Source: an uncultured Actinomycetes bacterium
GTDB lineage: Bacteria; Actinomycetota; Thermoleophilia; Gaiellales; Gaiellaceae
Reading direction: 5' to 3'
DNA: 64,000 bases
Assembly: GCA_963840705.1 (NCBI GenBank)
Contig: CAWIZT010000009.1
Location: 82,321 to 146,320 of the forward strand
Part shown: piece after piece, positions 34,785 through 44,925 of the stretch
Layout: each line of letters opens with the position of its first letter
Numbering within the stretch: position 1 is the stretch's first letter
Made by a program: the position numbers and the translations under genes
Notes under the pieces: model-generated
Seen by the model: only the letters and a program-made list of their open reading frames with translations
Databases searched by the model: none
Told to the model about the DNA's origin: nothing

Positions 34785-35813
34785 TCACCCGACGGCATCC
34801 GCGGCTGCTTGAGCGAACTTCGACGTGCGGCCCTCGAGCTCCTCCGCGAAGTGGCACGCTGCAAGGTGCTCGCTGTCGCCGATCTTCTTGAGCGGGGGGT
34901 TTTCCGTCCGGCAGCGGGCTCTCCCCTGTGAGAGGAAGCAGCGGGGATGGAAGGGGCAGCCGGGCGGAGGGTGGATCAGGCTTGGCGGCTGCCCAGGGAT
35001 CGGGCGGAGCCAATCCTCGTCCTCCACGATGCTCGGAAGGCTGTCCATCAGGCCGACGGTGTACGGATGTCGTGGTGCTGCGAAGATCGTGTGGACGTCG
35101 GCGAGCTCGACGACGCGCCCGGCGTACATGACGACGACGCGGTCCGCGAGCTCGGCGATGACGCCGAGATCGTGCGTGATCAGGATCGTCGCAGCGTGCG
35201 TCTCCCGCTGTGCGGCCTTGAGCACGTCCAGGATCTGCGCCTGGATCGTCACGTCGAGAGCGGTCGTGGGCTCGTCGGCGATCAGGAGCGACGGCAGGTT
35301 GGCAATCGCCATCGCGATCATCGCCCGCTGGCGCATCCCCCCGGAGAACTCGTGGGGATACTCATCGACACGCCGCTCCGGACTCGGGACGCCGACGAGC
35401 CGCAGCAGCGCCACGACACGGTCCTTGGCCGCACTGCGCGACACGTCCGGCTGGTGCGCCCGGATGGCCTCCATCAGCTGGTCGCCGATCGTCAGCACGG
35501 GGTTGAGCGACGTCATCGGGTCCTGGAAGACCATGGCGATCGGCCCGCCGCGGATCTCACGCAGCTCGCGCGTCTTCATCTGCAGCAGGTCGCGGCCCTT
35601 GAAGATCGCCTCGCCTCTGGCGATGCGACCTTGCGGGATCAGCCCGAGCACGGACATCACGCTCACGCTCTTTCCCGATCCCGACTCCCCCACGATGCCG
35701 AGCGTCTCGCCGGGGTAGACGTCGTACTCGACGCCGTCGACGGCGTGGACGATGCCGTCGTCGGTCGAGAACTCGACCGCGAGGTCGCGGATCTGAAGCA
35801 GGGGCTCAGGCAC
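34785..35813 (-). CDS. ABC transporter ATP-binding protein (OppD-like), locus 2, intact
   Basis: [16 protein letters not shown] and [15 protein letters not shown] 35813 (PEPLLQIRDL) is preferred. In-frame ATG 35855 is an alternative. Confidence 0.88.
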   Translation of the reverse strand: MPEPLLQIRDLAVEFSTDDGIVHAVDGVEYDVYPGETLGIVGESGSGKSVSVMSVLGLIPQGRIARGEAIFKGRDLLQMKTRELREIRGGPIAMVFQDPMTSLNPVLTIGDQLMEAIRAHQPDVSRSAAKDRVVALLRLVGVPSPERRVDEYPHEFSGGMRQRAMIAMAIANLPSLLIADEPTTALDVTIQAQILDVLKAAQRETHAATILITHDLGVIAELADRVVVMYAGRVVELADVHTIFAAPRHPYTVGLMDSLPSIVEDEDWLRPIPGQPPSLIHPPPGCPFHPRCFLSQGRARCRTENPPLKKIGDSEHLAACHFAEELEGRTSKFAQAAADAVG

Positions 35814-36825
35814 GAAGCCGCCGCTGGGTCGGGTCGAGCGCGTCTCGAAGACCATCGCCGACGAAGTTGACGGCAAGGGCGATCGCGACGATCGTGAGGC
35901 CGGGGAACGTTACGAGCCACCAGAGCTGCAACCCGGAGCTCTGCCCGTCGGAGATCAGCTTCCCTAGTGCGGGGATGGGCGGCTGGACGCCGAAGCCGAG
36001 GAACGAGAGAGCAGCCTCGACGAGGATCGCGGCGGCCACGACGAGGGTGGTATTCACGATGATCGGCCCCATGGTGTTCGGGATCATGTGCCGGAGGATG
36101 ATGCGGGTGTCGCCCGAGCCCGAGGCCTTCGCCGCCTCGACGTACTCCTTCTCGCGAAGGGACAGGAAGACGCCGCGCACGATGCGCGCGATGCCGGTCC
36201 AGAAGAGCAGGGCGAGGATGACCGCGACACGGACTGGATCCCCTCCCCCCCAGAAAGCCGCGGCCACGAGCAGGACGGCCAGCCCCGGCACGGTGAGTAC
36301 GAGGTCGGTGAAGCGCATGAGCAAGTTGTCCATTGCGCCGCCGAAGTAGCCGGCGATCGCGCCGATGGTCGTCCCGATGGCCGTGGAGAGGAGCGCGACG
36401 ATGAGCGCGACCCAGAGCGAGGTACGAACACCGAAGATGACGCGACTGAGATAGTCACGTCCGAGCTGGTCGGTGCCGAACCAATGTGTACCGTCGGTGG
36501 TCGGCGGCTGGTTCGGATTCGCCAGGTCGAGCTCGTCGTACGCGTACGGAGCGAGCTGCTCCGCGAAGATCGCGACGAGCCCGAAGCCGATCAGGACGAC
36601 GAGGCTCGCCATCGCCAGGCGATGGCGGAAGAACCGCCGCCGTGCGTAGGACCACTGGCTGCGCGCCTTGACCTCCACGCCCGTCTCGTACGCGAGCGTG
36701 AGATCGGTGGGGTCACCTATCTCGGCGACCGGAGCGACGGATTGCGCCACGCCGAATGACGCCGACGCACCCGGGCTGAGGCCGTCCCTGGCGTGCTGTC
36801 CTCGGGTCGGGGAGTCGTCACTCAT
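35806..36825 (-). CDS. ABC transporter permease (OppC-like), locus 2, intact
   Basis: 339 aa, 6 TM, EKEYVEAAKASG motif. Confidence 0.88.
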   Translation of the reverse strand: MSDDSPTRGQHARDGLSPGASASFGVAQSVAPVAEIGDPTDLTLAYETGVEVKARSQWSYARRRFFRHRLAMASLVVLIGFGLVAIFAEQLAPYAYDELDLANPNQPPTTDGTHWFGTDQLGRDYLSRVIFGVRTSLWVALIVALLSTAIGTTIGAIAGYFGGAMDNLLMRFTDLVLTVPGLAVLLVAAAFWGGGDPVRVAVILALLFWTGIARIVRGVFLSLREKEYVEAAKASGSGDTRIILRHMIPNTMGPIIVNTTLVVAAAILVEAALSFLGFGVQPPIPALGKLISDGQSSGLQLWWLVTFPGLTIVAIALAVNFVGDGLRDALDPTQRRLRA

Positions 36826-37791
36826 AGCGGACGCGGGGGTCGAGGTAGCCGTAGAAGATATCCGCGATCAGGTTGAAGAGGATGATCAGCGTCGCGGTGA
36901 TCATGAACCACGCCATGATCGGGTACGGATCGCCGTCGTTGAGCGCCGTGATGAAGTAGAAGCCCATTCCGTCCAGTCCGAAGACGGTCTCGAGTACCAC
37001 GGCGCCCCCGAACAGCGCCCCGAAGTTCAGGGCGATCAAGGTGACGAGTGGCACGAGTGCGTTGCGGAAGGTATGCCGCATGATCACACGTCTCTCGTCG
37101 AGCCCCTTCGCTCGCGCCGTACGCACGAAGTCGGAGTTGATCACCTCCAGCATCGAGGCGCGCAGGAATCGACTGTAGGACGCGATGCTGGCGACCGCGA
37201 TGACGATCACGGGAAGCGCGAGGTGCTGGGCGCGGTCGATGACGAAGTCGAGGCCGGAGCCTGGTTCGGGGAGCTCAGCCCCGACACGTAGAAGAGCCGG
37301 ACGTCGTACTCGAGCAGGATGTTGACCGTCAGCACCTGCAGCATCAAGGCGAGCCAGAAGTTCGGCGTCGCCAGGCCGAGGAAGCTGAACGTCGTCGCGG
37401 AGTAGTCGAAGACGGAGTACTGCCGTACGGCGGAGTACACCCCGATGATGATCGCCAGGATGATCGCGAGCAGCTCCGCCGCGATGAGTAGCTGCGCGGT
37501 GTTCGCCATCGCGCGCCGGATGTCGGGCCAGATCGGTCGGTCGCCGAGGGTCGTCGTCCCGAACTTCTCGGTCGTCACCTCCTTGACCCAGTAGAGGTAG
37601 CGAACCGGGATCGGCTCGTCGAGATGCTTGCGCTCCTCGACCTGCTCGATCGTCTGGAAGTCGATGCCCGGCAGCGTGGCGAGGAAGTCGGTCGGGCTCG
37701 ACGCGACCGAGACGAACGTGAACGTCAGGAAGCTCGCGGCGATGAGCACGGGGATGCTGTACAGCAGGCGGCGGATGATGTAGGTGGACAT
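36818..37791 (-). pseudogene. ABC transporter permease (OppB-like), locus 2, one frameshift
   Basis: ORFs 37207..37791 and 36818..37210 together give one OppB. PGSGLDFVIDRAQHLALPVIVIAVAS continues upstream in the second frame. The shift is near 37265. Confidence 0.8.
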
Positions 37792-37867
37792 CTGGAACCT
37801 CCTTCTAAGCGCGCGTCACACTAGCTCAGCTCCGAAGCACGCCTCCCGATCCGCTCGGCGGAGGGCA

Positions 37868-37899
37868 GATCCGGCCCCCGTTTCTCGAGGGGCCGGATC
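37868..37899. terminator. Intercistronic stem-loop after the oppA-like gene of locus 2 (11-bp perfect stem)
   Basis: GATCCGGCCCC-(10 nt)-GGGGCCGGATC, between the corrected oppA2 stop (37935) and the oppB2 start (37791). Confidence 0.55.
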
Positions 37900-37934
37900 G
37901 TTTGTCGACCACCTCTGGGACGTGTGTCGCTGGC

Positions 37935-39626
37935 CTATGCCAGAGACCAGGCGACCGAGTTCCAGAACACGGTCTGGCCTGCGTCGGGTTCCGGAGCACG
38001 CCGCGGACGTTAATGCGGTGGATTGCGAACCCCGGAACTGCGAACATCGGCAGCGTCGGGATGTCGCGTGACGAGGAGCTGGTCGACCTGGTTGACCAGC
38101 TGCGTCGCGTCGAGCCTCGTCGACGGTCGGCCTCCACCCGCTCGAGGAGCTTCGTCGTCTGCGCGTTGCAGTAATTGCCCCAGTTCTGCGGCTTGCCGCA
38201 ACCGTAGACGTTGAACTGCGACGTGTACGACGACGCCGGGCTGCCGATCCAGCCGAAGTTGGCGATGCCGGTGTACTGGGCGCTCGTGATCTTCGGCACC
38301 AGGCTCGGAATCGCGTCGGCGTTCACCTGGATGCCGACCGACAGCAGCTGCTGCCGGATGATCTGGAACATGAGCGCACGCCGCTCGTTCGCGCCCAGGT
38401 TCGTCGTGTACGGGAACTCGAGCTTGCCCACGCCGGGGCACGAGTAGATGTCGCGGTTGCTTGCGGTCGGCTTTGCCGGCCCACCCGTGCAGCCGTTCTT
38501 GCGTAGGAGCGCGATTGCGTTCTTCTGGCTGAAGGCAATCGCGTTCGGACCGCTGCCCCAGACGTTCGTGTACTTCTGCTCGAAGGGCTTGTACATGGTG
38601 CTCTGCAGCACGGGCAGCTTGGGGACGACCGGCTGGAAGAGGTTGTTCGCGATCTGCTGCCGGTTGATGGCCGTGACGATCGCCTTGCGGACGAAGAGCT
38701 TCTTCAGCGCCGGGTGTCCGTTCGGGCCCTGCTGGAAGTCGAGATGCTCCCACTGGTACTCGGGGCCCATCTGGACCTTGAAGCGGTTGTCCTTCTGGAT
38801 CTCCGCGATCGCCGTCTGGAACTGCGGCCGCAGCACGTTCAGCTCGCCGGCGCGGAGTGCCTGGAACTGGGTCTGCGTGTTCGGCAGCGGGCGGAAGATG
38901 ATCTTCTCGAGGACTGCCTTCTTGCCCCAGTAGTTGGGGTTACGTACCACCGTGAGCGCCTGGCCGCGCTGCCAGCTCTGGAAGATGTACGGCCCGCTTC
39001 CCACCTGCTTCTTGTTCTTCGGGTTGAGAGTGTCGCTCCGCCAGACCTGGTTGAAGTTCTCGCCTTCGAGCGCGTGCATGGGGATCGGCCCCGCGGCGAG
39101 GAGCACCTCCCAGCCTGCGTAGGGCTTGCTGAAGACGACCGTCACCTGCTTGCCGTTGCCCTGCACAGAGCGGATGTCCTGGTAGCCCGTGCGGGACGTG
39201 ATGTCCCAGCGGAAGTTCTCGCCGTCCTTGGCCATGATCGTCTGCCAGAGGAAGCGGAAGTCCTTCGCGGTGATCTGCGTGCCGTCGGACCACTTCGCCG
39301 CCGCCTTGTAGCGGAAGCGGATGGTGAGCGGGTTCTGCTTGACGACCTGCGGCTTGCCCTCGAAGAGCAGGGGCACGAGCTGCCCCTTGTCGTTGAAGCG
39401 CATGCCCTCGTCGAACAGCGACGCGTAGACCTCGGTTGTGGCCAACGGGTTGCCCTCGAGGATCCAGGTGTTCAGGACACGCGGCTCCTGATCCTGGCCG
39501 AAGACCACCGTGCCGCCGACCTTCTGCTCGGCTGCGGCCGACCTGCCCGGAAGCAGCGGAGCCGCCGCTGAGGCTCATCGCGGCTACGAGCCCGCCGACG
39601 AGAACCCAGAATGTACGTCGGTGCAT
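37935..39626 (-). pseudogene. ABC transporter substrate-binding protein family 5, locus 2, frameshifted at both ends
   Basis: ATG 39626 after GGAGGAATTC. The signal peptide MHRRTFWVLVGGLVAAMSLSGG is in a different frame from the body (ORF 37826..39508). In the C-terminal region, LDATQLVNQVDQLLVT and the tail GQTVFWNSVAWSLA-stop are each in other frames. Confidence 0.8.
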
Positions 39627-39793
39627 CTCTATGAATTCCTCCGTCTTGTAGATGGAACCGGCAACACTCGGCCGGCGCACGACTCTCACTTGCGACGCAT
39701 GAGCACGAGCGTTTGTTAGCCATTTGTGCACAAGCTCGCGGACGCGGAGGAGCCGACCGGGCGTAGAGTACGCGCGTCGAAAGGAGGAGCTCT

Positions 39794-40166
39794 CATGCCG
39801 AGGAACCACCGCAGACCGGACCGGCTCGAGGGTCCGGTCCCACTTCGTCGCTGCGGACGACGCTGGGATGCACGCCGGCCGGGCGGCCGGGGAGATCGAC
39901 GACGCCGTAGGCGAGGACTGGTACGAGCCGGGCGGAGCCGCAGACCGCGCGGCACTCACGCTCTGTCGCCTCAGGCGAGCCCGTGCCGGCGAGCTCGGCA
40001 GCACGCGGCACGGCGACGAGGCCGTGCGCAACTCGCTCGCGCAAGCGAACCCCGATGCGCTCGTCTGGCTTGCGAGCCGGGCGATCTCGTTCATGGACGA
40101 GTCGGGTTTCCCCGAGGCCGTGGAACCCTGGTTCGACGACGTCGGCGCGGTACGGGTCAGTCGTAG
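39794..40166 (+). CDS. Possible small hypothetical gene, apparently frameshifted
   Basis: ATG 39794 preceded by AAAGGAGGAG. The protein-like reading (VRSHFVAADDAGMHAGRAAGEIDDAVGEDWYEPGG...FMDESGFPEAVEPWFDDVGAV) is in the neighbouring frame (ORF 39724..40215). Confidence 0.3.
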
Positions 40167-41131
40167 TGGACGCGCGGGTCGAGATAGCCGTAGGCGATGT
40201 CGGCGAGGAGGTTGAAGACGATGATCATCGTCGCCGTGACCATGAGCCATGCCATGACGGGATACGGGTCGTTGGCGAGGAGCGCGTTGTAGAAGTAGAG
40301 GCCCATCCCGTCCAGTGAGAACACGGTCTCGACGACGATGGCACCGCCCAGGAGATTTCCGAAGCTCAGCGCGACGAGGGTCACGAGCGGGATGAGCGCG
40401 TTGCGAAGGGCGTGGTTCGTCATCACCCGCCGCTCGGTGACGCCCTTCGCCCGCGCCGTGCGGATGTAGTCGGAGTTGACGACCTCGAGCACGCTCGCGC
40501 GCACGTAGCGGGAGTAGCTGGCCACGCTCGCGACCATCAGGACGACGACGGGCAGCACGAGGTGATGGGCGCGATCGAGGGCGAAGTGGATCCCGCTGCC
40601 CGGGTCGACCGAGTTCAGGTTCGCAATGGGGAAGAGCCGGAGACCCGTGAGCTCGAAGAGCTGCACGATGAGGACCTGCAGCATCAGCGCGAGCCAGAAG
40701 GCGGGGGTCGCCAGGCCGAGGAAGCTGAACATCGTGGCCGTGTAGTCGAACCCGGAGTACTGGCGCACCGCCGAGTACACGCCGATCCCGACCGCGACCA
40801 CGATCGCCAGGAACTCGGCCACGAGGACGAGCTGGAGCGTGTTCTTCATCACCCGCCAGAGGTCGGGCAGGATCGGGCGGTCGCCGAGCAATGTCGTTCC
40901 GAACTCGTTCGTGACGGCGTCCTGCACCCAGTACCCCCACCGGACGGGGATCGGCTCGTCGAGGTGCTTTTGCTCGATGATGTTCTGCCTCGACTGCTCG
41001 GAGACGTTCGGGGTGATGCTCAGCTGCGCGAGCGGGTCCCCCGAGGCCGTGACGAACGTGAAGACGAGGAAGCTGGCGACGACGAGAACGACGACGCTCG
41101 AGAGAAGTCTGCGAACGACGTAGCTCAGCAC
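40157..41131 (-). CDS. ABC transporter permease (OppB-like), locus 3, intact
   Basis: 324 aa. Collinear with and similar to the frameshifted oppB-like gene at 36818..37791 (YIRTARAKGV). Confidence 0.88.
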   Translation of the reverse strand: MLSYVVRRLLSSVVVLVVASFLVFTFVTASGDPLAQLSITPNVSEQSRQNIIEQKHLDEPIPVRWGYWVQDAVTNEFGTTLLGDRPILPDLWRVMKNTLQLVLVAEFLAIVVAVGIGVYSAVRQYSGFDYTATMFSFLGLATPAFWLALMLQVLIVQLFELTGLRLFPIANLNSVDPGSGIHFALDRAHHLVLPVVVLMVASVASYSRYVRASVLEVVNSDYIRTARAKGVTERRVMTNHALRNALIPLVTLVALSFGNLLGGAIVVETVFSLDGMGLYFYNALLANDPYPVMAWLMVTATMIIVFNLLADIAYGYLDPRVHYD

Positions 41132-41275
41132 GGACCCACTCCGTTGATCGTAGAGCGGGCGTCAGCCGGTGGCAGACGTCGACCCGCCCCGGCGGCCCAG
41201 CCGAGGACGACTTCGATCACGCTCCGGTGGACGACCGACGCGGGCTGGCGTGCCGCGAGGTTGTTGCGAACGTCG

Positions 41276-42904
41276 CTACTTCAGCTGCCAGGCGGCAACG
41301 TTCCAGGGCGTTCCCTCACTCGTGGTGTTGAGCAGGGCGCCGGTGAGGTCCGCCGCGCTGATCACCCATTTCGGCCGCACGTACAGCGGAACCGACGGGA
41401 GGTCGACGGCGAGCTGCGCGTCACCCTGGCTCAAGAGCGCGTTTCGCTTCGTCGGGTCGAGCTCGCGAGCTGCCGCTTCGAAGGCGGCGGTCGCCTTCGG
41501 ATTGCAGTACTTGCCGTAGTTCTGGTCGCCTCCGCACGCGTAGAGCGTGTTGCTCGTGATCTTCGAGTCCGGACCGCCCGCGTACGTGAACATAGCCAGG
41601 TCCCAGTCACTGGACGGCAGGGTCGAACCGAAGAGGACTCCGGCCGTCTGAAAACGCGGAATCAGCTCGATGCCGACGTTCCGCAGGTCCCTTTGCAGAA
41701 CCTGGAACGTCAGCTCACGCAGCTGATTGCCGGTGGTGGTGAAGAAACGGAAGGACAGCCTGCCGACGCCCGGGCACGAGAAGATGCTCGTGTTGCTCGA
41801 GCTCGGCGCATCGGGCCCGCCGGTGCATCCCCTGCCCTTCAGAAGGCTGAGGACCCGGTTCTGGTTGAAGCTCCACTTTCTGAAGTGCGGTTGGTACAGG
41901 CCACGCTCGAACGGCTTGAAGACGAGGTTCTCCAGCGTCGGGAGCCCCGGAGCGATCGACCGGTAGAGCACGTTCGCGATCTGCCGTCGGTTCATCCCCG
42001 TGATCAGCGCCTGCCGGACGTAGGGCAGGCGCAGGGCCGGATGACCGCGAGGGCCGAGCTGGATGTCGATGTGCTCGAAGCCGTACTCGGGTGACGTCTG
42101 GACCTTGAACTTCCGGTCGGTCACGAAGTCGGCGATCTGGAGCTGCGGCTGAGGCTCCATGACATGGCCCTGACCTGCTTTCATCGCCTGGAAGCGTGCG
42201 TTCGTGTCGAGGATGTAGCGAAAGACGACACGATCCAGCTTCATCGCCGGGCCGACCTTGAATCTGGGGTTCTTGACCAACGTGAGCTGGACGCCTTTCT
42301 GCCAGCTCTGCACCTTCCACGGCCCACTCGAGACCGGAATCGAGTCGTTGAACATCTGGTTCATGTCCTTGCCGCGGATGACGTGCGCGGCGTAGACGCC
42401 TCCCGACACCAGCGTCTCCCATGCCGCGTACGGCCTGCTGAAGACGATCGTCCCGGACTTGCCCTTGCACGTGACCGACCTGACGTCCTCGAATCCCGCG
42501 CGGCTGACGACGTTGAACTGCGGGTTCACGAACACCCGCCAGGTCGCCTTCCAGTCCTCGCAGGTGACGGGCTTCCCGTCGCTCCAGACGGCAGACTCCT
42601 TGTACGCGAACGTGACTGTCTGGGGCCTCGTCCTGACGAGCTTCGGCTTGCCGGCGAACAGCCGTGGCTGGAGCTTCGCCCGGTTGTCGTAGATCTGGCC
42701 TCCGTACCAGACGTTGTTCGTGACGAGCCCGGTGGCGAGGAGGTTGTTGTCGATCCAGTTCCCCCTGAGGCTGGGAGGCTCCTGGTCGTGGATGAAGATT
42801 ACGGTCCCGGCGGACGCGCGCTCAGTGGCACCCGGCGCGGCCGGCCCGACGATCAGGCTCGCGAGCATCGCGAGCGCGACGATCGAGAGCGCGCTCGAAC
42901 GCAT
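41276..42904 (-). CDS. ABC transporter substrate-binding protein family 5, locus 3, intact
   Basis: Signal peptide MRSSALSIVALAMLASLIVGPAAPGA (ATG 42904; upstream in-frame ATGs also exist). Paralog of 37935..39626. Confidence 0.88.
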   Translation of the reverse strand: MRSSALSIVALAMLASLIVGPAAPGATERASAGTVIFIHDQEPPSLRGNWIDNNLLATGLVTNNVWYGGQIYDNRAKLQPRLFAGKPKLVRTRPQTVTFAYKESAVWSDGKPVTCEDWKATWRVFVNPQFNVVSRAGFEDVRSVTCKGKSGTIVFSRPYAAWETLVSGGVYAAHVIRGKDMNQMFNDSIPVSSGPWKVQSWQKGVQLTLVKNPRFKVGPAMKLDRVVFRYILDTNARFQAMKAGQGHVMEPQPQLQIADFVTDRKFKVQTSPEYGFEHIDIQLGPRGHPALRLPYVRQALITGMNRRQIANVLYRSIAPGLPTLENLVFKPFERGLYQPHFRKWSFNQNRVLSLLKGRGCTGGPDAPSSSNTSIFSCPGVGRLSFRFFTTTGNQLRELTFQVLQRDLRNVGIELIPRFQTAGVLFGSTLPSSDWDLAMFTYAGGPDSKITSNTLYACGGDQNYGKYCNPKATAAFEAAARELDPTKRNALLSQGDAQLAVDLPSVPLYVRPKWVISAADLTGALLNTTSEGTPWNVAAWQLK

Positions 42905-43137
42905 GGGCGGGGGTTTCCTGCATCCGAGTCGTCTCATGCGAGCGATCACGGCGTCTGCCGGCCCGACTTTGGGGCGGCGCAGAGGTCGGGACCCGCTGCC
43001 CGCGACGGATCGATCCGGATCATCCACCACCTTTGGTCACGAGCGGGATCATACGTTTGTGACGTGGTGAATCGAGTTTCGTTAGGACGCTCGTGCATGC
43101 GAGTTCCAGGCACTCGGGCGGGTTCGAGCTCGGAGCA

Positions 43138-43866
43138 CTACGAGCCGCCAAGTGGATGCTGAGGGACGACAGCGGGAAACGCGACGCCAAGCGGAATGAC
43201 GACGTCGGCAGGCGGTAGCTCCCCGGACGAGAACTCCTGCTCGCCGTGGAACCAGATCGTTCCTGAAGACGGCACGAGAATGCCGTTTGCGACACCGGGT
43301 AGCTTCTCCTCAACGAGCAGTCCGACCGGCTTGACGTCGTCGACCGGCGCTCGCACGACGTGACCCGCGCCTAGGACCGCCAACATCGGCGAGTCCCGTC
43401 GTCGGCCGGCCAGCAACCGCCGAGCCATTGACAGCTCGCGTTCCGACCCCTCTGACCCGACGTGGTCGAGCAGGACGATTCGGTCGAGCTGGTCGCCTAC
43501 GCGCTCAAGGAGTCGCACGTGTCCTGCCGTGAAGCGGCCGTCCCCGGAGAAGGCCTCGGCCGATGGCGGAAGACTCCACAACGCGGCGGATGCGACGGTG
43601 GCGGTCGAGAGCACCGGCTGCACGACTTGGTCGAGCTCGTCGTACGACCACTCGAAGGCGAGCGCTCGTACGCCGAGACGGCGTACGAGTCCGAGGATCG
43701 CGAGCGGCGTCTGCGCGACGCCGTGAGCCTCGCCGAGCAGGAAGATACCCGTCCGGTCGAGCGAAGCGGCTGCCACGGCGAGCGCCTCGGCGGGCAGCGC
43801 GAGATCGATCAGCCGGTAGTCGGCCACGGCACGTTCGAACGCCGCCCGCCCGGACGTCATTCGCAC
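43138..43866 (-). CDS. Hypothetical protein with LLGEAHG motif
   Basis: 242-aa intact ORF. GIFLLGEAHG resembles the N-terminal motif of the erythromycin-esterase/ChaN-type superfamily. This is a weak call. Confidence 0.45.
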   Translation of the reverse strand: MRMTSGRAAFERAVADYRLIDLALPAEALAVAAASLDRTGIFLLGEAHGVAQTPLAILGLVRRLGVRALAFEWSYDELDQVVQPVLSTATVASAALWSLPPSAEAFSGDGRFTAGHVRLLERVGDQLDRIVLLDHVGSEGSERELSMARRLLAGRRRDSPMLAVLGAGHVVRAPVDDVKPVGLLVEEKLPGVANGILVPSSGTIWFHGEQEFSSGELPPADVVIPLGVAFPAVVPQHPLGGS

Positions 43867-43932
43867 AGGTCCATAGGATCAAGTGTCGGCGTCAACCGCG
43901 CCGAAGTATCGGGGAAGCCTTCGGCCGGAGTA

Positions 43933-44919
43933 CTAGCGGTCCCTGCGCCAGAGCAGCAGAGCCAGCGGGAGAAAAGCTGCGACCGTGAGATAGGGCGCTA
44001 GCACGGTGCGGTCGGGGCGATCCCCTTGGACCGCCGTCGGTCCGCTTCCGAGGATCTCGCGAGCCCTCCGCGTGGCGGCTCCAAGGCTGGCCTCGTCGTA
44101 GACGCTGCCCTGGGTCGCCGCCGCGAGTCGGTCGAGTACGGAACGAGCTGCCGGCATGGGCCGGTACTCGGGCTCGGGCGCCCCCTGGGTGAAAACCCGC
44201 TCGTTCGATGCCCAGAAATGGAGGAAGAGGGGGTCGATCGACGCGCGGCCGAAGCGCCGTCCCACACTCTGTGGCGAGACGTCGAAGCTCTCGCCGTCCG
44301 TGAGCACGACGAGCAGTCGGCGTTTCGACGTCGGCGCATAGAAGCGCTGGGTCGCGACGTCGCCGAGCGCGCTCAGCCTCGTGGCGTTCGTTTGCGTTTG
44401 TTGCTCCGGCGCGAGGATGAATCCCGAGGCCGGCGGAGGACGCGTGATGCCGATCGCGCGCTCGAGGGTTACCTGGAAGACGTTCTCGTCCGCGCTCGGA
44501 AGCACGTGCGGCAGCACTCTGTTCGTCAACGAGGCGACCCCTACCGGCACGCCTGGCAGCGACGCGCGCAGCCGGGCCGCTGCGACCTTGGCCCGATCCA
44601 GCCGCGACGGCGCGCCGAGACCTGGCCGCGCGAGCATGGAGCGCGAGATGTCGATGACCATCAGCACCTCTGCGTCCGAGCGGACGCGACGTTCCGTCGT
44701 GCGCTCGACGAGCGGCTGGGTCGCAGCGAGGCCGAGCAATCCTGCGACTCCAAGGACCAAGACGACGGGGACGAGACGAAGCCGCGCAGGAAGTCCGGGA
44801 AGCTCGAGGACTTGCCGCACACGAGCGGCCCGTCTCGAGATCAGGAAGAGCGCCGCCAGCGGAATGAGGACGACCAGAGCGATCAGCCCGCCGGGAGGTG
44901 TCAGGAACTCGAGTGTCAC
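43933..44919 (-). CDS. vWA-domain membrane protein (BatA-like)
   Basis: N- and C-terminal TM segments. VLMVIDISRSM (MIDAS DxSxS) and LLVVLTDGES. Confidence 0.85.
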   Translation of the reverse strand: MTLEFLTPPGGLIALVVLIPLAALFLISRRAARVRQVLELPGLPARLRLVPVVLVLGVAGLLGLAATQPLVERTTERRVRSDAEVLMVIDISRSMLARPGLGAPSRLDRAKVAAARLRASLPGVPVGVASLTNRVLPHVLPSADENVFQVTLERAIGITRPPPASGFILAPEQQTQTNATRLSALGDVATQRFYAPTSKRRLLVVLTDGESFDVSPQSVGRRFGRASIDPLFLHFWASNERVFTQGAPEPEYRPMPAARSVLDRLAAATQGSVYDEASLGAATRRAREILGSGPTAVQGDRPDRTVLAPYLTVAAFLPLALLLWRRDR

Positions 44920-44925
44920 CGGTGT

